Assembly: GCA_947624675.1 (NCBI GenBank)
Contig: CANQLI010000007.1
Location: 3,090-67,089, forward strand
Length of the DNA: 64,000 nt
DNA from: an uncultured Clostridia bacterium
GTDB taxonomy: Bacteria > Bacillota > Clostridia > Oscillospirales > Ruminococcaceae
Direction: 5' to 3'
Of this stretch, positions 29,131 to 38,719 are shown piece after piece. The translations under genes were made by a program, and so were the position numbers. Position 1 is the stretch's first letter; each line of letters starts with the position of its first letter. The notes beneath the pieces were generated by a model. It was not told where the DNA came from. It did not search any database and was given only the letters and a program-made list of their open reading frames with translations.

Positions 29131-30522
29131 TTATCTGCAAATATTATAGATTGCCCGTGCATAGATTTTTGAGATCGCTTTGAGAGTATCAATACTTATC
29201 TGCTCATTTGCGCCATGCATATTAGTTATTTCTCCCGGCATTTCAGCACCGAATGCCACTCCTCCATTTACGGTATGAAGATAAGTTGCTCCACCTTCGG
29301 AAAGGCAAGTTCCCTCATTCCCCGTAACCTCGGTGTAAGCCGAAAGAAGCGTCTTTATGAACGGCTCATTATCATCGACAATGTGGCCCTCAAGAGCGTG
29401 AGTATAGCTTATCTGAAGTCCTATAGGCAAAAGTCTGCTGGATACAGTTTTCTTTATTTCACAAAGAGGGACTGTCGCCGGAAATCGTATGTCTATTCCT
29501 CCTGAGATCATCTCATCATCAGCATTCAAAAGACTTAAAACCATAGTAAGCGGACCACTTTTGTTGTCGCTGATTTTCAGTCCGAAATGCTCCCCATTAC
29601 CCTCATTATACGGAAAAAGCTCGTAGAGTCCCGTAAGGATTTTTGCTATTTTTCCATCAAGTCTTAGTTCAGTTAATACTTTTACCAGTCCTGTGAGCGC
29701 ATTGTCACCAAGCTCGGGTGTAGACGCATGAGCAGACTTTCCTTCCGCTTTTATCAAAACTCCTCCGCTTATATCGCTAACGCTTATTTTTAATGTAGTA
29801 TTTTCTCCCGTAATAAGCTTATCCGCCTCTTGTTTTGATACGCCAATCACCTCGGCAGACGCATTATCCGGCACTGCGTTTACAACGCTTCCCGACTTAA
29901 AGCTCTTTATATATCTCTGATAAGTTTCTTTAGTAATATCGCCTGAAAACTCTATCTGACAAAGTCCTTTCTCAACATTTATGACCGGAAAGGCTGCATC
30001 AGGCGAAAGCATTATAGGAGGAAATCCTACCTTTTCTCTGTAATACTCAAGGTCCTCCATACCTGTTTCCTCGGCAGCGCCTAAAAGTATACGCACATTT
30101 TTTGAAAGCTTAACCTTGTTTTCCGCTAAAGCCTTTACAGCATACAGTACCGCCTCAGCAGGGCCCTTGTCATCAATAGTGCCTCTGCCGATAGCCTTAT
30201 TCCCCACAACACTAAGCTTAAAAGGCTCATATGTCCAGCCGTTTCCCTCGGGTACAACATCAAGATGCGCTATTAATCCGAGTGCAGTATCACTGTCATT
30301 GTAATTACATTCTAGCATATAATTTTCGTGGTTTATTGTTTTAAGCCCGATCTTCTCAGCCTGCTCCTGCGCTTTTTTAATTACTTCGGCACAGTCTTTT
30401 CCAAAAGGCATATCGTCACACGGCTCACCACGCTTACTTGGGATCTCGATAAGCTCTCCCAAGTCCTTAAGCATCAAATCAATATTGTCGTCAATATACC
30501 TGTCTATACTTAAAAAATCCAT
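29131..30522 (-). CDS. pepV: M20-family dipeptidase (PepV/Sapep-type)
   Basis: About 463 aa with HLDVVPEG..W..PF and GRGTIDDKGP. The ATG at 30522 has better spacing to GGGAG than the one at 30528. Confidence 0.85.
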   Translation of the reverse strand: MDFLSIDRYIDDNIDLMLKDLGELIEIPSKRGEPCDDMPFGKDCAEVIKKAQEQAEKIGLKTINHENYMLECNYNDSDTALGLIAHLDVVPEGNGWTYEPFKLSVVGNKAIGRGTIDDKGPAEAVLYAVKALAENKVKLSKNVRILLGAAEETGMEDLEYYREKVGFPPIMLSPDAAFPVINVEKGLCQIEFSGDITKETYQRYIKSFKSGSVVNAVPDNASAEVIGVSKQEADKLITGENTTLKISVSDISGGVLIKAEGKSAHASTPELGDNALTGLVKVLTELRLDGKIAKILTGLYELFPYNEGNGEHFGLKISDNKSGPLTMVLSLLNADDEMISGGIDIRFPATVPLCEIKKTVSSRLLPIGLQISYTHALEGHIVDDNEPFIKTLLSAYTEVTGNEGTCLSEGGATYLHTVNGGVAFGAEMPGEITNMHGANEQISIDTLKAISKIYARAIYNICR

Positions 30523-30540
30523 AAACATACTCCCAAAAAA

Positions 30541-31620
30541 TCAGTCTAACAAGGTAAGCTCTTTAGTAAAGCTATTGAGGACCTCTACTCCGCTTTCGGT
30601 AACCATAACAAGGTCCTCTATTCGAACTCCGACATCCCCCTCTAAATATATGCCGGGCTCGATAGAAAATATCATTCCCGGTTTTGCCCGGCTTTCATTC
30701 TTTACCGAAACATCGCCGAACTCGTGACATTCTATTCCGATAAAGTGTCCTAAACGGTGAGTAAATTTTTCGCCGTAGCCCGCTTGTGTTATTATATCCC
30801 TTGCAGTCCTGTCTATATCACAAAATCTGACTCCCGGCTTTATCATATTTATTGCTGCCTGCTGAGCTTTTTTTACAATTTCATATACCTTGCGATGCTC
30901 ATCAGTGACGGATTTATAGAAAAATGTCCTTGTCATATCAGAACAATATCCGTCTTTAACGCATCCGACATCTATCAGTACGCAGTCACCCTCCTTTAGC
31001 TTTCTGGCTCCGCCTTCGTAGTGACCTATCGCCGCTGATTCTCCGAAGCCTACAAGAGGTTCAAACGAATAGCCTTCCGCCCCGAAAGATTTATATATAT
31101 CCATCATCTGTGACGATATTTCTTCTTCTGTAACGCCTGAGGATATTCTCTTTATTATTTCAGACATTGCAAGGTCGTTTATTTTACTTGCTGCGCGCAT
31201 AAACTCTACTTCCTCTGCGTCCTTTTGCTGTCTTACCGTATCAACACACTCAGAAGCGTTTACATAGCCGCTTGCACAGTTTAACTCCATAAGCCTTAGC
31301 AAAAATCTCGCTTCAAACTTTTTATCTATACCTAAAGGCTTGCTTTTGTCGGTATACTCAGACAAAAGCTCAGCTGCATCGGTATTGTCATCAAACCAGA
31401 CCTTTTCAACACCAAGATCTTCATTTACCGTAAAAAGCTCATTTATAAATATGCGATCTCTGGTCCTGTCCTTATTTATGTACAAAGCCAGCATTCTTTC
31501 CCCAGGTTTTATCATTGTGCCGGTAAGATAAAAGACCGAGCATGGGTCACATATGACCATCTGCTCGAGTCCTTTTTCCAACAGGCGATTTATGATTTTA
31601 TCAAGTCTTTGTGTTTTCAT
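30541..31620 (-). CDS. M24B Xaa-Pro peptidase (aminopeptidase P / prolidase type)
   Basis: 359 aa. Pita-bread metal ligands in DVGCVKDGYCSDMTRT, HRLGHFIGIECHE and EPGIY...RIED. Confidence 0.88.
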   Translation of the reverse strand: MKTQRLDKIINRLLEKGLEQMVICDPCSVFYLTGTMIKPGERMLALYINKDRTRDRIFINELFTVNEDLGVEKVWFDDNTDAAELLSEYTDKSKPLGIDKKFEARFLLRLMELNCASGYVNASECVDTVRQQKDAEEVEFMRAASKINDLAMSEIIKRISSGVTEEEISSQMMDIYKSFGAEGYSFEPLVGFGESAAIGHYEGGARKLKEGDCVLIDVGCVKDGYCSDMTRTFFYKSVTDEHRKVYEIVKKAQQAAINMIKPGVRFCDIDRTARDIITQAGYGEKFTHRLGHFIGIECHEFGDVSVKNESRAKPGMIFSIEPGIYLEGDVGVRIEDLVMVTESGVEVLNSFTKELTLLD

Positions 31621-31641
31621 AAAATCCGCCTCTTTAAATAT

Positions 31642-32619
31642 TTATTTTTCAAACAACTTGCAGGCTACATAATGCCCATTGCCTATATCCTTAAGTGTTG
31701 TTTCATAGCTTTCACAGCCGTTTGTTTTCATAAAGCACCTTGAACAGAAGCGGCATCCGTCCGGTGGATCAATAGGCGTCGGAACATCGCCCTCAAGAAT
31801 TATTCTTTCGGCTTTGTTTTCAACATCAACTGACGGGATAGCCGATAAAAGTGCCTTTGTGTACGGGTTCAGCGGATTCTCATAAAGCTCGTTTTTATCA
31901 GCAAGCTCCATTATTTTTCCGAGATACATAACTCCTACTCTGTCACTTATATGCTTTACAACATTCAGTCCGTGCGCTATAAAAAGATATGTAAGTCCAA
32001 ACTCATCCTTTAAATCGTCCAAAAGATTTAACACCTGTGCTTGTATCGAAACATCGAGAGCTGATACCGGCTCATCGCAAACTATAAGCTTTGGATTTAC
32101 CGCAAGCGCCCTTGCAATTCCTACGCGCTGGCGCTGACCGCCTGAAAATTCGTGAGCATATCTGTTGCGCTGATGGTTTGCAAGTCCAACACAGTTAAGC
32201 AGGTAGTTTACTCTGTTTTCGACCTCGTTTCTTGGCAGAAGCTTATTTACTATAATAGGCTCTGCGATAATATCACCTATCGTCATTCTCGGATTCAATG
32301 ATGAGTACGGATCCTGAAAGATAAGCTGAATATCCTTACAGTACTCTCTTCTCTGTCGCGGTTTAAGCGAAGTGAGCTCAACACCGTTATATATGATTTC
32401 TCCGCTTGTGGGAGTATAGAGGTTTACAAGCATTTTTCCGATAGTTGATTTTCCGCAGCCGGATTCTCCTACAAGTCCCAATGCTTCTCCCTTGTATATC
32501 TTAAAGGATACATTATCGACCGCCTTTAAAACCGACAATGGCTTACCGAAAAAGCTTCTGTCAACGACAAAGTGTTTAGTAAGATTCTTTACTTCAAGTA
32601 AAACTTCTTTTTCTGCCAT
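31642..32619 (-). CDS. oppF: Oligopeptide ABC transporter ATPase OppF
   Basis: 325 aa with GESGCGKST, FSGGQRQR and IVCDEPVSALD, plus a C-terminal oligopeptide-type extension containing Cys residues. Confidence 0.9.
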   Translation of the reverse strand: MAEKEVLLEVKNLTKHFVVDRSFFGKPLSVLKAVDNVSFKIYKGEALGLVGESGCGKSTIGKMLVNLYTPTSGEIIYNGVELTSLKPRQRREYCKDIQLIFQDPYSSLNPRMTIGDIIAEPIIVNKLLPRNEVENRVNYLLNCVGLANHQRNRYAHEFSGGQRQRVGIARALAVNPKLIVCDEPVSALDVSIQAQVLNLLDDLKDEFGLTYLFIAHGLNVVKHISDRVGVMYLGKIMELADKNELYENPLNPYTKALLSAIPSVDVENKAERIILEGDVPTPIDPPDGCRFCSRCFMKTNGCESYETTLKDIGNGHYVACKLFEK

Positions 32620-33602
32620 TATACATCACTCTCCACTTCTTCGGAATATAAAAAGCATCTGACCTTTCTTCCATTGCCGCCCGGCAACTCCTTGAGCGCA
32701 GGCATCGCTTCCCTGCACTTTTCCATACAGTGCTCACATCTGTCAGCAAACGCACAGCCTGCAGGAAGACTGGTAGGATCAGGAACCATACCCTTTATCA
32801 TAAACAGCCTGTCCTTATCCTCATTAAGCCTCGGAATAGACTCAATAAGTCCGCTTGTATACGGATGTTTCGGGCTTTTAAACAGATCCTTGACCTCCGC
32901 CTGTTCAACTACCCTTCCGCAATACATAACCACTACCTTATCCGCTGTTTCAGCAACAACTCCCAAATCGTGAGTTATAAGCATTACCGCCATACCTATA
33001 TCTTTTCTTAGCTTTTTAATAAGATCGAGTATCTGCGCCTGTATCGTAACATCAAGAGCGGTCGTCGGCTCATCTGCTATCAAAAGCTCCGGATTGCAGC
33101 ACAGCGCCATTGCAATCATCACCCTCTGACGCATACCTCCCGACATCTGGTGAGGATAATCCCTTACTCTCTGCTCAGGCGAAGGTATACCAACCAGCCT
33201 TAACATTTCAACAGCGTGTTCAAGAGCCTCTTTTTTCGTCATATCAGTATGTGTGAGGATAGACTCACAAAGCTGATCTCCTATTCTCTGAACGGGATTG
33301 AGAGATGTCATAGGCTCCTGGAAAATCATTGAGATTTTATCTCCTCTTATCTCTCTCATCTGTTTAGGGGTCTTTTTACTCAAATCATCGCCGTTAAAGA
33401 GTATCCTTCCTCCAGCGACCTTACCCGGAGCACGGATAAGCCCCATTATCGAAAGGCTTGTTACACTTTTTCCGCTTCCCGACTCACCTACAATAGCGAG
33501 TATCTCTCCCTTATCAACATCAAAGCTTACATTATTTACAGCCTTTACAGTACCCCTTTTTACTTTAAATTCAGTGTTAAGGTTTGAAACTTTAAGCAGC
33601 AT
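32619..33602 (-). CDS. oppD: Oligopeptide ABC transporter ATPase OppD
   Basis: 327 aa with [16 protein letters not shown] and [11 protein letters not shown]. Confidence 0.9.
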   Translation of the reverse strand: MLLKVSNLNTEFKVKRGTVKAVNNVSFDVDKGEILAIVGESGSGKSVTSLSIMGLIRAPGKVAGGRILFNGDDLSKKTPKQMREIRGDKISMIFQEPMTSLNPVQRIGDQLCESILTHTDMTKKEALEHAVEMLRLVGIPSPEQRVRDYPHQMSGGMRQRVMIAMALCCNPELLIADEPTTALDVTIQAQILDLIKKLRKDIGMAVMLITHDLGVVAETADKVVVMYCGRVVEQAEVKDLFKSPKHPYTSGLIESIPRLNEDKDRLFMIKGMVPDPTSLPAGCAFADRCEHCMEKCREAMPALKELPGGNGRKVRCFLYSEEVESDV

Positions 33603-33617
33603 AATTTACAAACCTCC

Positions 33618-34517
33618 TTAGCTTCTTGATTTTGGGTCGAGGGCATCTCTTAATCCGTCTCCGAAGAGATTAAATGCCAAAACCGCAAGCGATATTACAA
33701 TTCCGGGGAAAATGATCATATGCGGCAGGGACATAATATAGCTTTTGGCATCTCCCAGCATCGTACCCCACTCCGGTGTCGGCGGCTTAACGCCAAGCCC
33801 AAGAAATCCTAGAGCCGCTATATCAAGTATTGCCGTAGAAATTCCAAGAGTTGCTCTTACAACTATCGAAGATACAACATTCGGAAGTATATGCCTGAAA
33901 ATTATCCTTCCACTTGAGTTGCCCAAAACCTTGGCTGCGGCAACATAGTCGTTTTCCTTTGCGGACATAATTGAACTTCGCACTATCCTCGCAAACTCAG
34001 GTATAGACACGACTCCTATCGCGATAATCGCCTTGTCAAGTCCCTGTCCGAAGGCAGCCATAAGCGTTATAGCAAGAAGAATAGAAGGTATAGCAAGCAT
34101 CATATCCATAATTCTCATTATCACGGCATCAAGCTTTCCGCCGAAATAACCGGCAACAGAGCCTAGAATCGTTCCTATTATAAGCGAAAATGCAACAGCA
34201 GCGATACCGATAAGCAAAGAATACTTTGTTCCCGAAAGTATTCTTGAGAAAATGTCTCTTCCCTGAACATCAGTTCCAAACCAATGCTCAGCGCTCATAC
34301 CCTGTTTTGCATCCGCCATATTCGTTTCTGTCGCTCCATATGGTGCGATAAGATCTCCGAACAAGGCGATAAACACGAGTATTAAAATTACGATAAGTCC
34401 GAACAGCGCCGCTTTGTTTTTCTTAAGCGCATCCCACATAATTTTTATCTGAGACTCCGGCTTTTCTATCTTTACATTTTCTTCCGTCAAAACCTTAGTT
34501 TCATTTGCCACACTCAT
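33618..34517 (-). CDS. oppC: Oligopeptide ABC transporter permease OppC
   Basis: 299 aa, BPD_transp_1-type permease with an OppC-style N-terminal extension. Confidence 0.9.
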   Translation of the reverse strand: MSVANETKVLTEENVKIEKPESQIKIMWDALKKNKAALFGLIVILILVFIALFGDLIAPYGATETNMADAKQGMSAEHWFGTDVQGRDIFSRILSGTKYSLLIGIAAVAFSLIIGTILGSVAGYFGGKLDAVIMRIMDMMLAIPSILLAITLMAAFGQGLDKAIIAIGVVSIPEFARIVRSSIMSAKENDYVAAAKVLGNSSGRIIFRHILPNVVSSIVVRATLGISTAILDIAALGFLGLGVKPPTPEWGTMLGDAKSYIMSLPHMIIFPGIVISLAVLAFNLFGDGLRDALDPKSRS

Positions 34518-34519
34518 AA

Positions 34520-35536
34520 TTATGCCTCCTTCCTTCCGTACTTGATCCTCGGATCCAAGAACGCATACAACAAATCAACCAGAAGATTTAACACAACGAA
34601 TATAACAGCTATAAGAAGCACTGCCGACTGAACCACAGGGAAATCTGACTTCTGAACACATTCAACAAGATATTTTCCCATTCCCGGCCAGCCGTAAACC
34701 GTTTCGGTAAGCACAGCTCCTCCAAGAAGCGAGCCGAACTGAAGACCGATAACAGTAACTATCGGCATAAGAGCGTTTCTTAACGCGTGTCGTCTTATAA
34801 CTCTTCCCTCAGCAAGACCCTTTGCACGAGCCGTTCTTATGTAATCCTGATTTAAGGTGTCAAGCATACTTGAGCGGGTCATTCTCGAAACTATCGCCAT
34901 TGTATAAAATGCAAGCGTACAAGCTGGAAGTATCATATGCCACAAGACATTTGCAAAATTAGACATATCCCCCGATATAAGAGAGTCAATAAAATACGAT
35001 CCTGTGACCTTATCGAAAAGCACATCGGCATCGCTTGCTCCCTGAACCGGCAACCAGCCCAGCATTTTTCCGAACAGTATCTGCATCATAACTCCGAGCC
35101 AGAATATCGGAACGGAAATACCGATAAGAGATATGAACATACCAAGATTATCAACAATAGTGTTTTTCTTTACCGCAGTTATTACTCCTATCACGATTCC
35201 CAGTACCGAGGCGATTATTATCGCAACTATCGCAAGCTCGATAGTCGCAGGAAATCTTGCCATTATCTCATCAAAGACAGGTGTCTGCGTGTAATAAGAT
35301 TCGCCAAAGTCCCCCGTTACAGCTCCGGTAACAAAATCCCAGTACTGCTCAATAATAGGATCGTTTAAGCCCTGTTCCTCTCTCCAAGCGTCCATTGCCG
35401 CAGCGTCAGCGTGCTCACCCAGAACCACCGGTGCAGGGTCTGCCGCAAATACTCTTAACAGCACAAACACTATAATAGAAACTCCAATAAGAACGGGAAT
35501 GAGCATCAGAAGTCTTTTTACAATATACTTTAGCAT
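34520..35536 (-). CDS. oppB: Oligopeptide ABC transporter permease OppB
   Basis: 338 aa. MLKYIVKRLL start and the EAA loop region RTARAKGL. Confidence 0.9.
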   Translation of the reverse strand: MLKYIVKRLLMLIPVLIGVSIIVFVLLRVFAADPAPVVLGEHADAAAMDAWREEQGLNDPIIEQYWDFVTGAVTGDFGESYYTQTPVFDEIMARFPATIELAIVAIIIASVLGIVIGVITAVKKNTIVDNLGMFISLIGISVPIFWLGVMMQILFGKMLGWLPVQGASDADVLFDKVTGSYFIDSLISGDMSNFANVLWHMILPACTLAFYTMAIVSRMTRSSMLDTLNQDYIRTARAKGLAEGRVIRRHALRNALMPIVTVIGLQFGSLLGGAVLTETVYGWPGMGKYLVECVQKSDFPVVQSAVLLIAVIFVVLNLLVDLLYAFLDPRIKYGRKEA

Positions 35537-35654
35537 AACTCAACCTCTTTTCAGTCTTACTTTTTTATCTCATATCCTTGTACTAATCGTCACAACGAAA
35601 GCACCTGACGCCTAGTACAAAAATATGAAAATCCCTTTACCTAAAAACAACAAC

Positions 35655-35685
35655 TGCAAACACAGGACAAACGCCTGTGTTTGCA
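35655..35685 (-). terminator. Intra-operon terminator/attenuator after oppA
   Basis: On the minus strand, TGCAAACACAGG-loop-CCTGTGTTTGCA followed by GTTGTTGTTTTT, 22 nt after the oppA stop. Confidence 0.65.
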
Positions 35686-35706
35686 ATGCTGTCATTACTT
35701 TAATTA

Positions 35707-37269
35707 TTAGTTCTTTTCAACATTAGCAAGGTAAACCGTTGCTGTCGGATGATACTTAAATCCCTTGATATTGCTTCTGTTCGCTGTGATATTCTGCTGG
35801 TGAGAGATCGGGAGCCATGCTGCCTCATCAGCAACATACTGCTCAGCCTCAGCATAGATAGCGTTTCTCTCTTCTCCTGCGGCAGTAGCTATACCTGTTG
35901 AAATATACTCGTTAAACTTTTCATCGTTAAATCTTGCAACATTCATAGACGGGTCATCGTCAGAAAGAAGATTTAAGAAGTTATCCGGGTCTCCGTTATC
36001 TCCGTTCCATCCATAGAAGCATACATCGTAATCGCCTGCTATGATCTTATCCTTATAAGTTGTCCAGTCGAATGTAGATACATCAGCCTTTACGCCTACC
36101 TTCTCAAAGTATCCGATAATAGCCTCAGCAAGAGTCTTACCTGTTGCCGTATTATAAGGACGGTCATTTGAATATGTAATAACCTTTACCTCAGTAACGC
36201 CCTTCTTAGCAAGAGTCTCCTTAGATGTATCAGGGTCATAAGCGACCTGAGTTACCTTGTCACTGTATCCCGGAAGGAATGAAGGAAGTATAGTTGTTGC
36301 CTTTGAAGCATAGCCGTCATAAAGTGATTTAACAAGCTCATCAACATTTACCGCCTGTGAAAGAGCAACTCTTGTTTCCTTGTCAAGTCTTGTGGTGTTA
36401 TATGCCATATAGTTGATGTTCATACCGTCTGTAAGATCAACATTGATGTTGGAATCAGCATTTAACTGTTCAACCATTGTTGTATCAATTCCGTCGATAA
36501 CATCAACCTCTCCGGTAGTGAGCGCATTGATCTTTGCGGAAGCGTCAGGGATAGTCTTGATAATGATCTGGTCACACTTACCCTTTTCGCCCCAGTAATC
36601 GTCATATCTCTCGAGAACAACTCTGTCGTCCTTGCTCCAAGAAACAAACTTATAAGGACCTGTTCCAACAGGATTTTCGAGAAGGCTTCCGCCGTTCTTC
36701 TTACAAGCTGTCGGGCTTACGATAGGCGCACCGAAGCACATAGCCATATTTGCCAAGAACGCGGTGTTCTTCTGCTTCAGCACGATCTCAACTGTGTAAT
36801 CGTCAACTACATTACACTCTGCAACTGTTCCGAAAACGAAGTCAGCGTAAGGCATATCTTCGGTCTTATTAACAGTCTGACGGTCAACATTGAACTTTAC
36901 AGCTTCAGCGTTAAAGTCTGTACCGTCGTGGAACTTTACTCCCTGGCGAAGCTTAAATGTATATGTAAGTCCGTCCTCGGAAATATCCCAGCTCTCAGCA
37001 AGACAAGGCTCAACCTCCGTTGAATCCTCCTTGTACTTGAGAAGGCACTCATAAATCTGCATCGTAGCCTTTGCAGACTCGTTGTCATCAACAAGCGCCG
37101 TATCAAGTCCTCTCGGATCAGCTCCCGAACCGTAAACAAGACTTGTCACTTTAGCTTCCGAGCTTCCGCCCGACTCAGTCTTGCTGCTTGAATCGTTTGA
37201 GCCGCCGCATCCTGCCATCATGCTTATCGCCATAGCAGCAGCGACTGCACCGCACAAAATCTTCTTCAT
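35707..37269 (-). CDS. oppA: Peptide ABC transporter substrate-binding lipoprotein (family 5, OppA-type)
   Basis: 520 aa. Lipobox MMAGC, a Ser-rich tether and an SBP_bac_5-like body. Confidence 0.9.
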   Translation of the reverse strand: MKKILCGAVAAAMAISMMAGCGGSNDSSSKTESGGSSEAKVTSLVYGSGADPRGLDTALVDDNESAKATMQIYECLLKYKEDSTEVEPCLAESWDISEDGLTYTFKLRQGVKFHDGTDFNAEAVKFNVDRQTVNKTEDMPYADFVFGTVAECNVVDDYTVEIVLKQKNTAFLANMAMCFGAPIVSPTACKKNGGSLLENPVGTGPYKFVSWSKDDRVVLERYDDYWGEKGKCDQIIIKTIPDASAKINALTTGEVDVIDGIDTTMVEQLNADSNINVDLTDGMNINYMAYNTTRLDKETRVALSQAVNVDELVKSLYDGYASKATTILPSFLPGYSDKVTQVAYDPDTSKETLAKKGVTEVKVITYSNDRPYNTATGKTLAEAIIGYFEKVGVKADVSTFDWTTYKDKIIAGDYDVCFYGWNGDNGDPDNFLNLLSDDDPSMNVARFNDEKFNEYISTGIATAAGEERNAIYAEAEQYVADEAAWLPISHQQNITANRSNIKGFKYHPTATVYLANVEKN

Positions 37270-37535
37270 AATAAACCTCTTCCTTTCTTTACGCTCAAGA
37301 GTAAAACACTCAAGCGCATATTAACAAAAAAAGACGCCACCTTTACCAAATTATAATTTCGGCACTTCTTAACTGTGGCATCTTTGCCTGTTATTTCATT
37401 ATAACCTTACAATAAGAACTATAACAATTTATATTATACTATATTTTGTCCATAATGACAATAGTTATTTTATACAAAAAATCATCTGTATCTCTATTAA
37501 ATGTGTAGAATTTATTATGCTAAAGCGTTAATTTG

Positions 37536-38354
37536 TTAAACTTTTTTCCCACATTGTCCGCAAAATGAAGCGTTTGGCTTTATCAATGAGCCGCAATTCG
37601 GACAATATCTGACTATCTGTTCCGGCGGCATATCCTCCATATGCGGGGTTATCTCACTCATAGTTATTGCCATATGTTTTTTTCTTTTTGAGCTTGATTT
37701 ATCGGTTTTTTGTTTCTCTTTTTTTCTTTTAATTATCTCGCTTGCCTGTATGCTTCCCTCAAAAAGCTCATCGTCTATAAGCTTCTTCCTCGGTGCACCC
37801 TCCGCACCGCTTACAAGAAGAGAAATAATCGAAGCAACTATACCCCATATCATAAGCACAAGGCAGGAAATAATAATCACAGCGCAAAACGATCTGAGCC
37901 TAACTTCATTGTTTTTTGCAAAATCCTCAAAATAATAGGAAATAACCGGCTGTGAAAACAATGCGACAATTATCATTATAAGTCCCATAAAAATTGTGAT
38001 CCTCGAATAAATCCCGATCGCCTTTGACACATAATATGATATAAACCTGTAATACAAGCACCACAACACAAGCAAAACCAGTATCGCTGCAAGAATTATT
38101 ACAACCGACTTCCACGTTGCAAGCATTTCAAAAGCCTTACTTTTAAAAGTAAACGCAGATGAAACATCTACTCCGTCGACCTTAAGCCCCTTTAATATGC
38201 GCTGTGTATCGGAAGCATTCTGATACGAGAGAAAAAACGCAAACGAAGCTGTGAGCAAAAGGTTGAGCACACACATCGCTACACCGAGTAAAGCAGTCAA
38301 TAACACACCTGAAAAATCAAGTCGTGTTCTTTTCTGTTCATACTTCTGCTCCAT
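37536..38354 (-). CDS. Multi-TM membrane protein with a C-terminal zinc ribbon
   Basis: 272 aa. Several TM helices, a Lys-rich linker, then YCPNCGSLIKPNASFCGQCG. Confidence 0.6.
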   Translation of the reverse strand: MEQKYEQKRTRLDFSGVLLTALLGVAMCVLNLLLTASFAFFLSYQNASDTQRILKGLKVDGVDVSSAFTFKSKAFEMLATWKSVVIILAAILVLLVLWCLYYRFISYYVSKAIGIYSRITIFMGLIMIIVALFSQPVISYYFEDFAKNNEVRLRSFCAVIIISCLVLMIWGIVASIISLLVSGAEGAPRKKLIDDELFEGSIQASEIIKRKKEKQKTDKSSSKRKKHMAITMSEITPHMEDMPPEQIVRYCPNCGSLIKPNASFCGQCGKKV

Positions 38355-38498
38355 CGTTTCACTCCCCTTAATAATCAGATTTTAACCTATGAGTTTAATT
38401 ATACATTATTTTTACTGTTTTTGTCAAATATAACTGCTTATAAGCCAAAACATCTGATATAAAAAACCGCCACGAACTTATCCTGTCCGTGACGGAAA

Positions 38499-38575
38499 TG
38501 GCACGCCGGAAGGGATTCGAACCCCCGACCTTTTGGTTCGTAGCCAAACACTCTATCCAGCTGAGCTACCGGCGC
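38499..38575 (-). tRNA. tRNA-Arg (anticodon ACG)
   Basis: The reverse complement is GCGCCGGTAGCTCAGCTGGATAGAGTGTTTGGCTACGAACCAAAAGGTCGGGGGTTCGAATCCCTTCCGGCGTGCCA. Cloverleaf arms pair, the anticodon loop is CTACGAA and the CCA end is encoded. Confidence 0.95.
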
Positions 38576-38719
38576 AAAACTTTATTCAAAAATCAACTGC
38601 GGGTATCATTTTACCACAACAAGTAATAAAAGTCAAGCGTTTTTAATAAAAATCACAAAGCACGGGTGCTGAGAAACTTATCATCAGACCCGTGCGTGTG
38701 ATTAAAGACCTAAACTATT

